50,273 bases of DNA. It comes from a virus. Lineage: Duplodnaviria; Caudoviricetes. The notes under the pieces were generated by a model, which worked only from the letters and a program-made list of their open reading frames with translations, made no database searches and was not told the DNA's origin. Shown here piece after piece: positions 36,757-45,448 of the stretch. The position numbers and the translations under genes were made by a program. Location: positions 1 through 50,273 of the IMG/VR virus record IMGVR_UViG_3300037722_000529; one strand, 5' to 3'. The stretch's first letter is position 1; every line of letters begins with the position of its first letter.

Positions 36757-37572
36757 ATGAACGAACGGCGCAACCGTCCGATCGCTGATCGGTTCTGGGC
36801 CAAGGTGCAGAAAGATGGGCTGGATGGATGTTGGAATTGGCTGGGCAGCAAATCCGCCGCTGGCTACGGCAAGTTCATGGTAGGTCGAAGCCCTGATGGG
36901 GCATGGCGCCCGAGTTGGGCTCACATCGTCTCGTGGCGGCTGGCTCACGGTGACATACCGCACGGCCTTTTCGTGTGCCATCGCTGCGACAATCCAAGGT
37001 GCGTCAACCCGGAACATCTTTTCCTCGGCACGCCCGCCGACAATCAACGCGACATGGCAGCCAAAGATCGTTCGGTTTTCGGCAGTAAAGCGTCGTGGGC
37101 AAGACTCCATGAATCCGATGTGCCGGAAGTCATACGTCTCCGCAGGGCTGGGGTTAGTTGGTCCCAATTGGCATCGCACTTCGGTGTGTCGATTAGAACG
37201 GTGCGACACGTCGTGGCCGGGAGGTCGTGGAAACGCGTAACTCAAGCGCTTGGCGCTCTCTGCGTCATTGCCACCTTAGTGGCCTTTACGCCGTCGGCCT
37301 CAGCCGACGAAGTTTGCGAGGCCAGTTATTACAACGGCGACCACCACGGCCGCCTGACGGCCTCCGGCGAGCGCTTCGACATGCACGCCATGACCGCGGC
37401 GCATCGGTCGTGGCGGTTCGGGACGCGCGGCGCCAGGTCGGTGACGGTGCGGATCAACGATCGCGGGCCGGCGCGCTGGACCGGCAACTGCATCGACCTG
37501 TCGCGGGCCGCCGCTCAGCGGCTCGGCATGATCGACGACGGGGTGGCGACGGTGCGCCTCGAACGGCGCTAG
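36757..37572 (+). CDS. HNH endonuclease-HTH fused in frame to a signal peptide and RlpA-like DPBB domain
   Basis: RFWAKV..CWNW..VCHRCDNPRCVNPEHLFLGT..N; then ASYY..TASGERFDMHAMTAAHR..VRINDRGP..IDLSRAAA. Confidence 0.82.
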   Translation: MNERRNRPIADRFWAKVQKDGLDGCWNWLGSKSAAGYGKFMVGRSPDGAWRPSWAHIVSWRLAHGDIPHGLFVCHRCDNPRCVNPEHLFLGTPADNQRDMAAKDRSVFGSKASWARLHESDVPEVIRLRRAGVSWSQLASHFGVSIRTVRHVVAGRSWKRVTQALGALCVIATLVAFTPSASADEVCEASYYNGDHHGRLTASGERFDMHAMTAAHRSWRFGTRGARSVTVRINDRGPARWTGNCIDLSRAAAQRLGMIDDGVATVRLERR

Positions 37573-37592
37573 GCGTGCCGGGAGTCGCCAGC

Positions 37593-37627
37593 CGGTGCGT
37601 TGCAGCCTCGGCCGGCACTGCCACCAT
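37593..37627 (+). promoter_or_regulatory. Late promoter motif, leaderless start at ATG 37633
   Basis: CGGTGCGTTGCAG-N16-CACCAT, then 5 nt to ATG. Confidence 0.68.
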
Positions 37628-37632
37628 CGGGC

Positions 37633-37818
37633 ATGGTCGCGCCGCTCGAACTGAAGGCGATGGCGCTGCATCGCGCCTGGGCCCGCCACACCATCCGGCA
37701 CGCCGTCCGCGTCGGCAAGCACGCGCGCGCCGAGACTGACGACGAAGCTCACGCCCGCCGCTGGGATACGATGGCGCAGCGGGTGCGCGACGAGTTCCTG
37801 GCCGAGGCGTCTCGCTGA
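37633..37818 (+). CDS. Hypothetical protein
   Basis: Starts at a motif promoter; TGATG-coupled to the next gene. Confidence 0.5.
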   Translation: MVAPLELKAMALHRAWARHTIRHAVRVGKHARAETDDEAHARRWDTMAQRVRDEFLAEASR

Positions 37819-38417
37819 TGCCAACGCCGGCCGAGTCCCGCCGCCTCGATCACCTCGAGATCGCGCGCCGCTACCGCGCCAAACGAAAACGCTGGCCGCG
37901 GCCGACCGTCGCCATGATCCGCGTGCGCGAGCTCGACGCCCTGTTCGCCTCACGCTACGGCGACACACTCCCCGACGACGACGCAGGCCGCGACGACCTG
38001 GCCATCATGGCGCATCACCTCGCCGGCCTGCCGGGAAGCATCGACGCCAACGTGACCCAATGGGTGCAGCGCCGCGCCCCGTGGCTGCCAGTCGGAGACC
38101 TCGCTGGCCTGCTCCTGGAGGTGACCACCAACCCCACCCGCTGGAAGGCCGACCGCCTCGCCTGGCGCCTCCGCCTGACAGACCGCGAGCGCTCGGCCCT
38201 GGGGATCACCACCATCGGCGCCGTCAATCTCAGCAAGGCCGCCCGCACCGCCCGCCGGCGAGCGCTCAAGAACGCCGCCCGCGAAGCCGCCCGCCGCGCC
38301 CAAGGCGCCATCGCCCGCGCCGACTACGAAGCCGCCTCAATCGCTCGCCGACGGCCATGGGAAGCCATCGGCATCAGCCGGCGCACATGGTACCGCCGGC
38401 GCAGTGCCACAACGTAA
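37818..38417 (+). CDS. DNA-binding protein with C-terminal HTH
   Basis: RRPWEAIGISRRTWYRRR resembles the C-terminal HTH of plasmid replicase-like proteins. Confidence 0.65.
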   Translation: MPTPAESRRLDHLEIARRYRAKRKRWPRPTVAMIRVRELDALFASRYGDTLPDDDAGRDDLAIMAHHLAGLPGSIDANVTQWVQRRAPWLPVGDLAGLLLEVTTNPTRWKADRLAWRLRLTDRERSALGITTIGAVNLSKAARTARRRALKNAAREAARRAQGAIARADYEAASIARRRPWEAIGISRRTWYRRRSATT

Positions 38418-38441
38418 GCATCACTGACCCGATGACACATT

Positions 38442-38495
38442 TGGCACAAGTCCGCGTACAGCATCTTCAGAGGTAGTGTACGCGCACCTGTGCCA
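38442..38495. repeat. 19-bp imperfect inverted repeat (17/19)
   Basis: TGGCACAAGTCCGCGTACA (38442-38460) and TGTACGCGCACCTGTGCCA (38477-38495). Confidence 0.8.
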
Positions 38496-38503
38496 CGCCC
38501 GCC

Positions 38504-38540
38504 CTGTGCGTTGCCTCCCACCCGACCGCACAGCCACCAT
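38504..38540 (+). promoter_or_regulatory. Late promoter motif, leaderless start at ATG 38546
   Basis: CTGTGCGTTGCCT-N18-CACCAT, then 5 nt to ATG. Confidence 0.68.
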
Positions 38541-38545
38541 GCGCC

Positions 38546-39076
38546 ATGTCCGATACCCTCCCGGCCCAGACGCCAGCCGGACCGCCAGCTACCTCACGGC
38601 CGAGTATCCCAACTCCAAGCGGTCGCATCCAACTCACCCGCAAGCAGAAAGCCGCCGCCGATGCCATGGTCTGGGAGGGCATGGCCTGGCAGGACGCCGC
38701 GCGGAAGGCCAACCTGACCGTTCGCCGAATGAGAACTGCGCTCGGATTGCCTCACGTCCAACGGTACATCCGGGACCAGAAGCAGGTGTTTCGGGCGAGC
38801 GCATCGGGCGCGAACATTCACCGCGCCGTCGAAATCCGCGAGCAGGACGAGAACAGAACGGCGGCAATCCAAGCGATCCGCTACCTCGACGGCCTCGGCG
38901 ATGAGCAGGCTGCGCGCGAAGGCCAGCGGCAGCTCACGCCCGGCGTCGTGGTCACGGTCAACGTGCATGGCGCCGGGGATCGGGCACCGGATGAGACCGT
39001 GATCGAGGTTAACCCTGCCTCGGCAGCCTCGGAGGCTGCACGTGATGAGCCAGGCGATGGCGGAGATAAGCCATAA
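38546..39076 (+). CDS. Terminase small subunit (putative)
   Basis: LTRKQK..GMAWQDAARKANL HTH and PHVQRYI; upstream of terL. Confidence 0.65.
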   Translation: MSDTLPAQTPAGPPATSRPSIPTPSGRIQLTRKQKAAADAMVWEGMAWQDAARKANLTVRRMRTALGLPHVQRYIRDQKQVFRASASGANIHRAVEIREQDENRTAAIQAIRYLDGLGDEQAAREGQRQLTPGVVVTVNVHGAGDRAPDETVIEVNPASAASEAARDEPGDGGDKP

Positions 39077-39238
39077 CGTGCCACACCGCAGCCGTGACAC
39101 GCGCGAAATCAGCCCCGATCAGAGCCGGCAGGCGAGCGGGTCGGAAAGGGGGGCGGGGGCAAAAATCGAAGCCGGGCTCTGTGTACGTGGACCCCGCGCG
39201 CGATTTTCTGTTATTTTTTTGGTTTGAGGGATTTTTGG

Positions 39239-39538
39239 ATGGCTGAGGTTTTGGCGTTTCCGGCGGCTGGGGGGGTGGATGAGGCTGATGGGCCGCATTT
39301 GTCGGGACCGGCGGTTTGCGGGTGGTGTGGTCACGAATGGGCGGCGGTTGCTCCGGTTGGGTCGGTTCATTTGGAGTGTCCTGGGTGCGGTCGGCTGTGG
39401 GGAGCGTACAGGCACGCGGTTGCTCCGCCGGCTGCGTTTTGGCGGTGTTGGTGTGGCGAGGAGTTGTTCTGGCTGACGCCGCGGGGTTCGATGTGCCGGC
39501 GTTGTGGGGTGATTTCGTCGGATTGGGCTGATGGCTGA
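39239..39538 (+). CDS. Small Zn-finger protein
   Basis: GAGG RBS; CGWCGHEW, CPGC, CWCG, CRRCG. Confidence 0.6.
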   Translation: MAEVLAFPAAGGVDEADGPHLSGPAVCGWCGHEWAAVAPVGSVHLECPGCGRLWGAYRHAVAPPAAFWRCWCGEELFWLTPRGSMCRRCGVISSDWADG

Positions 39539-39752
39539 TCGGGAAACGTCGTCATCGGTATCGTCGATAGCGGGTCGGCTGTTGCGGGCGGGGTGTCCGC
39601 CGTGGATGCCCGTGGGGTACTGGCGTGACGTTTCGCGGGTTCTGGGTTCGGCGCTGAGTCAGGATGAGACGGCGGCGGGTGTGGAGCGGGCGCGGGATGT
39701 GGTTGCGGAGGCTTATCCTGGGTCGTTGAATCACGAGCCGAAGAATGGCTGA
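39531..39752 (+). CDS. Hypothetical protein
   Basis: Overlaps both neighbours; ETSSSVSSIAGRLL..LGSALSQDE. Confidence 0.55.
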   Translation: MADRETSSSVSSIAGRLLRAGCPPWMPVGYWRDVSRVLGSALSQDETAAGVERARDVVAEAYPGSLNHEPKNG

Positions 39753-41301
39753 GGCGGCGGCGTTGCCGGAGATTCGGGTGACGGCGGACGGCCGTCGGAA
39801 TTACGAGTTGGACGGTGTGGTTCTGGGCCGATTTTTTCTCGATCGTTCCGCGGTTTCCGGTCTTCGGGGTCCGATCGGGTCTGGGAAGACAGCGACGGTG
39901 ATGCTGAAGGTCTGGCAGATTGCGTGCGAGCAGGCGGCATCGACGACGGATGGGTTTCGGAAGACGCGGTGGGCGTTTGTGAGGAACACCTATCCCGATC
40001 TTGAAGGTTCCACGGTCAAGGACTTTCTGGAGATTTTCCCGCCCGAGCAGTACGGCGAGATGTTCTACTCGCGGCCGTTGGAATTTCAGATGGCGTTGGG
40101 GGACGTGCGGTGCGAGGTGAATTTCATCGCGCTCGACCGGCCGGAGGACATGCGGAAGCTGCGCTCGACGCAGTTCACCGGGTTTTTCTTCCACGAGATG
40201 CAGTACGCCCACAAGGCGATTTTCGACGAGTGCCATTCGCGCACCGGGCGGTATCCGGGACCGATCGACGGGTCGAGCCCGACGTGGTCCGGGGTGTTGT
40301 TCGACATGAACGAGCCCGGAGAGGACCACTGGTTGCTGCCGATGACGACTGAAGTCCCCTATCCTGAAGACACGTTGCCGGCCGATCGCGTGATGTGGCC
40401 GAAGGAGTGGACGTACTTCGTCCAGCCGCCGGCGCTGATCGAGGTGTTCAACCCCGACGGCAAGACGATCCGCGGCTACAAGATCAACCCGAAGGCGGAG
40501 AATCTGCGGTGGCTGAAGCGCGACTACTACGCGAATCTTTTGAGGGGCAAGGACAAGGCGTGGATCGACTCGCGGCTGATGAACCGGATTTCGGTGTGGG
40601 TCGACGGCAAGCCCGTCTGGCCGCAGTTCAACGTCGAGACACATGTCGCCAAGGCGCCGTTGAAGCCGACGCCAGGCTACCCGATCCTGATGGGCATGGA
40701 CTTCGGGCGGTCGCCCGCGGTGGTGTTCTCGCAGTTGATCGGCAATCGGTGGTTCATGCTCGATGAGCTGATCGGGCGCGACATCGACACGACGGACTTC
40801 GCGCCGCTGATCAAGCGGAAGCTCGACACGCGGTTTCCCGGCTACGAGTTTCGCATCTGGGGCGACCCGAAGGGCGCCGACAAGGCGCAGTCGTCGTCGC
40901 GGACCTCCTACGACATCATGGCGTCGTTCGGGTTGCCGGTGTCGCCGGCGCCGTGCAGTGACAACGACCTTACGATCCGGCTGGGGGCGGTGAACTTCGT
41001 CCTGACCGGGATGCAGGACGGGGCGCCGCGGTTGCTGCTGTGCCCCGAGCATTGCCGGACGCTGAAGGTGGCGATGGCAGGGAAGTACCATTTCCGCAAG
41101 CAGCCGATGGCCGGCGGCTACGAGGAGAAGCCGTACAAGGACGCCTACAGCGACCCGGCCGACGCGCTTCAGTATCTCGTCGTGGGCGAGGGCGAGGGGC
41201 GCACGATGGTCGGCCGGCCGGCCCAGGGCCGCGGCGAGGTCGTCAGACTGCCGTTGTCGCGGCGGCGGCGTTTCGCGGGAGCAAGAAGGCCGTTCGGGTG
41301 A
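39745..41301 (+). CDS. terL: Terminase large subunit
   Basis: GPIGSGKT, VRNTYPDL, GMDFGRSPA, WGDPKG, YSDPADALQY. Confidence 0.92.
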   Translation: MAEAAALPEIRVTADGRRNYELDGVVLGRFFLDRSAVSGLRGPIGSGKTATVMLKVWQIACEQAASTTDGFRKTRWAFVRNTYPDLEGSTVKDFLEIFPPEQYGEMFYSRPLEFQMALGDVRCEVNFIALDRPEDMRKLRSTQFTGFFFHEMQYAHKAIFDECHSRTGRYPGPIDGSSPTWSGVLFDMNEPGEDHWLLPMTTEVPYPEDTLPADRVMWPKEWTYFVQPPALIEVFNPDGKTIRGYKINPKAENLRWLKRDYYANLLRGKDKAWIDSRLMNRISVWVDGKPVWPQFNVETHVAKAPLKPTPGYPILMGMDFGRSPAVVFSQLIGNRWFMLDELIGRDIDTTDFAPLIKRKLDTRFPGYEFRIWGDPKGADKAQSSSRTSYDIMASFGLPVSPAPCSDNDLTIRLGAVNFVLTGMQDGAPRLLLCPEHCRTLKVAMAGKYHFRKQPMAGGYEEKPYKDAYSDPADALQYLVVGEGEGRTMVGRPAQGRGEVVRLPLSRRRRFAGARRPFG

Positions 41302-41780
41302 CGACCGAACCTCTCGCTTGGCTGATCGTTTTTCATCGTCGCTCGACATGGTGGGTTGAGCGGCTGTGCTGGCGATGCCGGTGGCGGCATGCGTCGGCTG
41401 TCGGATTCGTTCCGGGCGCGATGGCGTGGGTTCATGTAAGTTGGGAGCTTGCCAGGGCGCGCCTCGAAATCATCCCCGATGCCGAGTTTGACCGATGGTT
41501 CGCCGCCCTGGTCGGCGATGGCGGACTGTTGCGGGTCAAGGCGCCGGATTTCGACCTTGGCCCATGGGTCCCGCGCTTTGGTTCTTGCGCCTCGATGATC
41601 GCCCATCTGGTCGGGCTTCGGCGCGGTGCGTTGCGGCCCGACACGCTCTGGAACAGGCTCGTCGCCGATGGCGCGGAGATCGTGACCGATGGGCGACCTG
41701 TTCCGACCGAAGCAGCAGACGGTGCAGCCGAGCGCGACGGAGCGGCTGGCGGGGCAAGCGGCCGAGCGCGAACGGCTTGA
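41298..41780 (+). CDS. Putative permuted papain-like (NlpC/P60) protein
   Basis: His before Cys: WRHASAV..GSCASMIAHLVG..RPDTLWNRL; GTGA-coupled to terL. Confidence 0.45.
   Translation: MTTEPLAWLIVFHRRSTWWVERLCWRCRWRHASAVGFVPGAMAWVHVSWELARARLEIIPDAEFDRWFAALVGDGGLLRVKAPDFDLGPWVPRFGSCASMIAHLVGLRRGALRPDTLWNRLVADGAEIVTDGRPVPTEAADGAAERDGAAGGASGRARTA
41624..41659 (+). promoter_or_regulatory. Late promoter motif upstream of the portal operon (inside a CDS)
   Basis: CGGTGCGTTGCGG-N17-CAGGCT. Confidence 0.62.
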
Positions 41781-41868
41781 GGCGGTGCGCGATCTGGCGG
41801 AGCGCCGGACCGCGCAACTGATGCGGCTGTTCGGCACCGGCCAGGCGTTCGGGGCGCGTTCGTTCTGA
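41689..41868 (+). CDS. Small pre-portal virion protein (59 aa); not in ORF track
   Basis: GGAG RBS; MGDLFRPKQQTVQPS..; TGATG-coupled to portal, as for T7 gp7.3-position genes. Confidence 0.65.
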   Translation: MGDLFRPKQQTVQPSATERLAGQAAERERLEAVRDLAERRTAQLMRLFGTGQAFGARSF

Positions 41869-43490
41869 TGGCCGCTGCCCCCCCGACCGATCCTCTCGAA
41901 GCTGACGTGCTACAGCGGCTCGAAGATGCCCGCCGCGAAAAGCGGACGATCGAGAACGATCTTCAGAATTGCTACTACTACAGCGCGCCGCGACGGGTGC
42001 GCCGGCAAGGCTCCCAGGGCCAGACCGCCGAGGCGCAGCGCCCAGGCGACGACCGCCAGCTTCAGACCTCGTTCGGCTTCGAGGTGACCGACGACTTCAT
42101 GTCGATGCTGATCGAGACGTTCACGCCGCGCGAGGGGCGCTGGGCGGAGCGCTCGATGCCGACCAACGCCGATGAGGATGGCAACGAAGACCCCGCGGTT
42201 GAGGAACTGAATGCGGTAATCCGCGCCGACGACAAGAAGGTCTTCGACCTCATCCGGGCGTCGAACTACTACGCCGAAAAGGCCAAGGCCGGGGTGCCCG
42301 ATGGGGCGATCGGCGTGGTGGCGCTACTGATCCACGATCCCGGCCGCGGGCTGCCGATCCGCGTCACCGGCGTGCCGATCCGCGAGCTCGACATGGACCT
42401 CGGCCCGGACGGCAAGCCGGATTTTCGCTCGGTGACGCGACAGACGAAAAACCGGCACCTCGCGGCGCTGCTCGGCAAGGCGGTGTTCGCCAAGATACCC
42501 GACGATCGGATGCGCCTGGCGCGCGAGAAGCCCGACCAGCCGGCGGAGATCGTGTGGGCGTGGTGGCGGAACTGGGAGAACTTCGGCGACTACGAATACC
42601 GGCATGTGGTGCTGCTCGACAACAAGCGCATCCACGACGCGACGCTGACGGGCGAAGGCTCGGTGCCGCTGGTGGCCGGCCGCTTCGGCGCCACGCCCGA
42701 TTTCGCCTGGCCGGATGGACCGTTGGTCAAGTCGCTGGCCGATCTGGTGACGCTCGACGAGATTCGCGGCGGCCTGATCGAGAACGTCGACTTCACGATC
42801 AGGCCGCCGAAGGCTTACGAGGACGATGGCGTCATCAATGTGCCGCCGGACGGGATTCGACCCGGCGACATGCTGCCCAAGCGGCCGAGCGCCGGCCGCG
42901 AGGCGTTCGAGGACATCTACACGCCGCGGCCGATCGAGGCGGCGCTGTTCGATGTCGATCACCTGCAAAGCCGCATTCGGCGGCTGCACTATGTCGATTT
43001 TCCCGAGCAGCGCGGTAAGACGCCGCCGACGGCGACCCAGTGGCTCGACGAACTGGTCCTGCGCCAGCGCCGGATCGGCACGCCCGGCTACGCCTTCTGG
43101 CGCGAGGAGCCCTACGAGACGTTCCAGCGCTTCCGCTACCTCGGCGAGAAGCGCGGCGTGGTCAGGACGGCCGCGGCGCTCGGCGTGCCGGGCGGCATGG
43201 CGCTGCAACCGTACAACCCGGCGGAGCGCGCCCAGGACTCGCAGGACATCGCCACGGCGGTCAGGTTCGCCGAGATCGGTCAAGCCGTCGCGCCGACCAT
43301 GTGGCAGGTGATGATCGACGAGGCCAAGACGCTGCGAAACATCAAGGCGAAGATGCGCGAGGAACTGGTCGTGCTGAGGGACGACGCCGAGGTTGAGGAA
43401 CGGATCAAGGTTCTCGCCTCGCTCGGCGCCGAGATGATGGCGAACGGCGGCGGCCCCGGCAACGGAGGCGGCGGTGAACCGACAGGATGA
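41868..43490 (+). CDS. Portal (head-tail connector) protein
   Basis: 540 aa between terL and scaffold; PLVAGRF..WPDGP and KTPPTATQW motifs of T7 gp8-like portals. Confidence 0.85.
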   Translation: MAAAPPTDPLEADVLQRLEDARREKRTIENDLQNCYYYSAPRRVRRQGSQGQTAEAQRPGDDRQLQTSFGFEVTDDFMSMLIETFTPREGRWAERSMPTNADEDGNEDPAVEELNAVIRADDKKVFDLIRASNYYAEKAKAGVPDGAIGVVALLIHDPGRGLPIRVTGVPIRELDMDLGPDGKPDFRSVTRQTKNRHLAALLGKAVFAKIPDDRMRLAREKPDQPAEIVWAWWRNWENFGDYEYRHVVLLDNKRIHDATLTGEGSVPLVAGRFGATPDFAWPDGPLVKSLADLVTLDEIRGGLIENVDFTIRPPKAYEDDGVINVPPDGIRPGDMLPKRPSAGREAFEDIYTPRPIEAALFDVDHLQSRIRRLHYVDFPEQRGKTPPTATQWLDELVLRQRRIGTPGYAFWREEPYETFQRFRYLGEKRGVVRTAAALGVPGGMALQPYNPAERAQDSQDIATAVRFAEIGQAVAPTMWQVMIDEAKTLRNIKAKMREELVVLRDDAEVEERIKVLASLGAEMMANGGGPGNGGGGEPTG

Positions 43491-43809
43491 GCTGGACGGC
43501 CTGGCGCGCATCGGTCTGTCCGTCGACGGGCGAAACGTGTTGATCCCGTTGCTTTTCACCCGGCTTCAGGACGTGACGCCGGCCGGCTCCGATGCCTGTG
43601 CGTTGCGGGAGGCGGAAGGAGGTCGCAGGCTTGCGCGAGAATTGATCGAGAAGCTGACGCGAGACCATGCCCGTAACGCCGAACATCCCGTCGAACGACC
43701 CGACCGCGACCCTGGCGCCGACCGGCGAGCCGCCACACGGTTCCGCGGCGCCCGGCGACCCGTCGATCCAGCCGCCGACGCCGCCGGCCCGGCCGGAAGG
43801 GCTCCCTGA
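43474..43809 (+). CDS. Small post-portal protein (Bbp19-like position)
   Basis: DGRNVL..ALREAEGGRRLARELI. Confidence 0.55.
   Translation: MNRQDELDGLARIGLSVDGRNVLIPLLFTRLQDVTPAGSDACALREAEGGRRLARELIEKLTRDHARNAEHPVERPDRDPGADRRAATRFRGARRPVDPAADAAGPAGRAP
43596..43631 (+). promoter_or_regulatory. Late promoter motif upstream of scaffold/capsid (inside a CDS)
   Basis: CTGTGCGTTGCGG-N17-CAGGCT. Confidence 0.65.
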
Positions 43810-44413
43810 CCGCTACTGGGACGAAGCGACCGGCGTCCGGCTGAACGAGGCCGCGCAAGCCCTCTCCGCGCTCGAAGCCCACAACGCCGCCCAGACGGAG
43901 GCGTTCAAGGACTTCCCCGAGAAGGTCGAGGAGGCCGGCAAGTTTTACGCGCTACCCGAGGCGATGCTGCCGGAAGGGATGAACCTGCCGGAGGGCGTCA
44001 AGTTCGAGCCGAACACCGAACTGCTCGAACGTGCGCTGCCCGTCCTCCACAAGCACAAGGTTCCGCGCGAGGCGTTCCACGATCTCGCCCGCGCCTTCAA
44101 CGCTCACGAGGTCGAGAAGTTCACCGCCGACCGCAAGTCGTTCGACGAGGATTCGAAGAAGCTCGGCGCCAACGGCGCCACCCGCCGTCAGGACATCGCC
44201 AACCGGCTTTCGGCTATCGTCGGTCCCGAGAAGGCGAAGTTCATCGATGCCAGCGTGATTACCTCCGGCGCGGTCGAGTTCTTCGAGGACTTGCTGTCGA
44301 AGGTATCGAATCCGTCCGTCGTGCCGTTCTCACAGAACCGCGACAACCAGCCGTTGCCCCTGCCTCAGAAGCTTGAGGATCGGTTTTACGGCGACAAGCA
44401 GAAGGCTAGCTGA
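43667..44413 (+). CDS. Capsid scaffolding protein
   Basis: Pro-rich N-terminus and RPEGLPDRYWD; immediately before the capsid gene. Confidence 0.75.
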   Translation: MPVTPNIPSNDPTATLAPTGEPPHGSAAPGDPSIQPPTPPARPEGLPDRYWDEATGVRLNEAAQALSALEAHNAAQTEAFKDFPEKVEEAGKFYALPEAMLPEGMNLPEGVKFEPNTELLERALPVLHKHKVPREAFHDLARAFNAHEVEKFTADRKSFDEDSKKLGANGATRRQDIANRLSAIVGPEKAKFIDASVITSGAVEFFEDLLSKVSNPSVVPFSQNRDNQPLPLPQKLEDRFYGDKQKAS

Positions 44414-44415
44414 CC

Positions 44416-45414
44416 ATGGCGACCGTTGGAGCTACCAACCCGACCCTTGCCGACATCGCCAAGCTGACGGAGCCGAACGGTGGCATCGTCACCGATATTA
44501 CCGAGCTGCTGGCGCAGGATAACGAGATTCTGTTGGACGCCACGTTCATGGAGGCGAACAACAAGACCTCGCACCGTCACTCGCAGCGCACCGGCATTCC
44601 CGAGCCGACCTGGCGCCGCTACTACGAGGGCGTCACCCCGACCAAATCGACCTACGTGCAGGTCGATGAGCCGATCGGCATGATGGAGAACCGCTCCGTC
44701 GTCGACGAAGACCTCGTCAAGCACAGCGGCAATCCGAATCAGGTCCGGCTCATCGAGGCGATCGGCATTCTCGAGGGCTTTAACCAGGCATTCGCCGAGA
44801 CAATGCTCTACGGCGACGTGTCGACCAGCCCGGCGAAGTTCAACGGCGTTCTGCCGCGCTATGCCTCGTTGTCGGCGGCGTCCGGCGAGAACATCATCGA
44901 CGCCGGCGGCACCGGCTCCGACAACGCCTCGATTCTGCTCGTCACCTGGTCGCCGCGCCACACCTTCTGCATCTATCCGATGGGGTCGCAGGGCGGCATC
45001 GTGCGCCAAGACCTCGGCGTCCAGCAGATCACCACGTCGGACAGCCCGCCGCGGCGCTACGCGGCCTTCGAGGAAATCTTCAAGCAGCAGGTCGGTCTCG
45101 TCGTCCGCGATTGGCGCGGCAACGTTCGCATCGCCAACATCGACAAGTCGAACCTGGTCGCCGAATCGGGCGCCGCCGACATCCTCAAGCTGATGACCTC
45201 GGCGGTTCACAAGCTGCCGTCGGGCACCATGGGCGCCCGGCGCGCGTTCTACGTCAACCGCACCGTCGCCACGATGCTCGACATTCAGGCGCAGAACAAA
45301 GCGAACGTCTGGATGACGGTCGGCATGGAAGAAGGCCAGCCGAAGGTGAGCTTCCGCGGCATCCCGATCCGCACCGTCGATATGCTTCAGGCCGACGAAG
45401 CACGGGTGACTTGA
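44416..45414 (+). CDS. Major capsid protein (BPP-1/epsilon15-like)
   Basis: PTLADIAK, RTGIPEPTWRRYYEGV, GLVVRDWR..RIANID, FRGIPIRTVD. Confidence 0.92.
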   Translation: MATVGATNPTLADIAKLTEPNGGIVTDITELLAQDNEILLDATFMEANNKTSHRHSQRTGIPEPTWRRYYEGVTPTKSTYVQVDEPIGMMENRSVVDEDLVKHSGNPNQVRLIEAIGILEGFNQAFAETMLYGDVSTSPAKFNGVLPRYASLSAASGENIIDAGGTGSDNASILLVTWSPRHTFCIYPMGSQGGIVRQDLGVQQITTSDSPPRRYAAFEEIFKQQVGLVVRDWRGNVRIANIDKSNLVAESGAADILKLMTSAVHKLPSGTMGARRAFYVNRTVATMLDIQAQNKANVWMTVGMEEGQPKVSFRGIPIRTVDMLQADEARVT

Positions 45415-45446
45415 CAACGCTGAAGGGCAACGCTGAAGGGCAACGC
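45415..45446 (+). repeat. 13-bp tandem repeat x2.5 (CAACGCTGAAGGG)
   Basis: Fills almost the whole gap between the capsid gene and the next gene. Confidence 0.85.
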
Positions 45447-45448
45447 CA

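Noticed and set aside
38441-38456. Sigma54 promoter (TGGCAC)
   Set aside because: GG-to-GC spacing is 9 rather than 10 nt and there is no TTGC; better explained as an inverted-repeat arm.
39367-41349. Long antisense ORFs (660 aa here; also 7621-9255, 2163-3491, 44386-45600)
   Set aside because: Shadow ORFs of high-GC genes with no recognisable motifs, opposite clearly identified genes.
45405-45430. Capsid stop read-through or frameshift extension
   Set aside because: An in-frame TGA follows two codons later and I saw no slippery heptamer.
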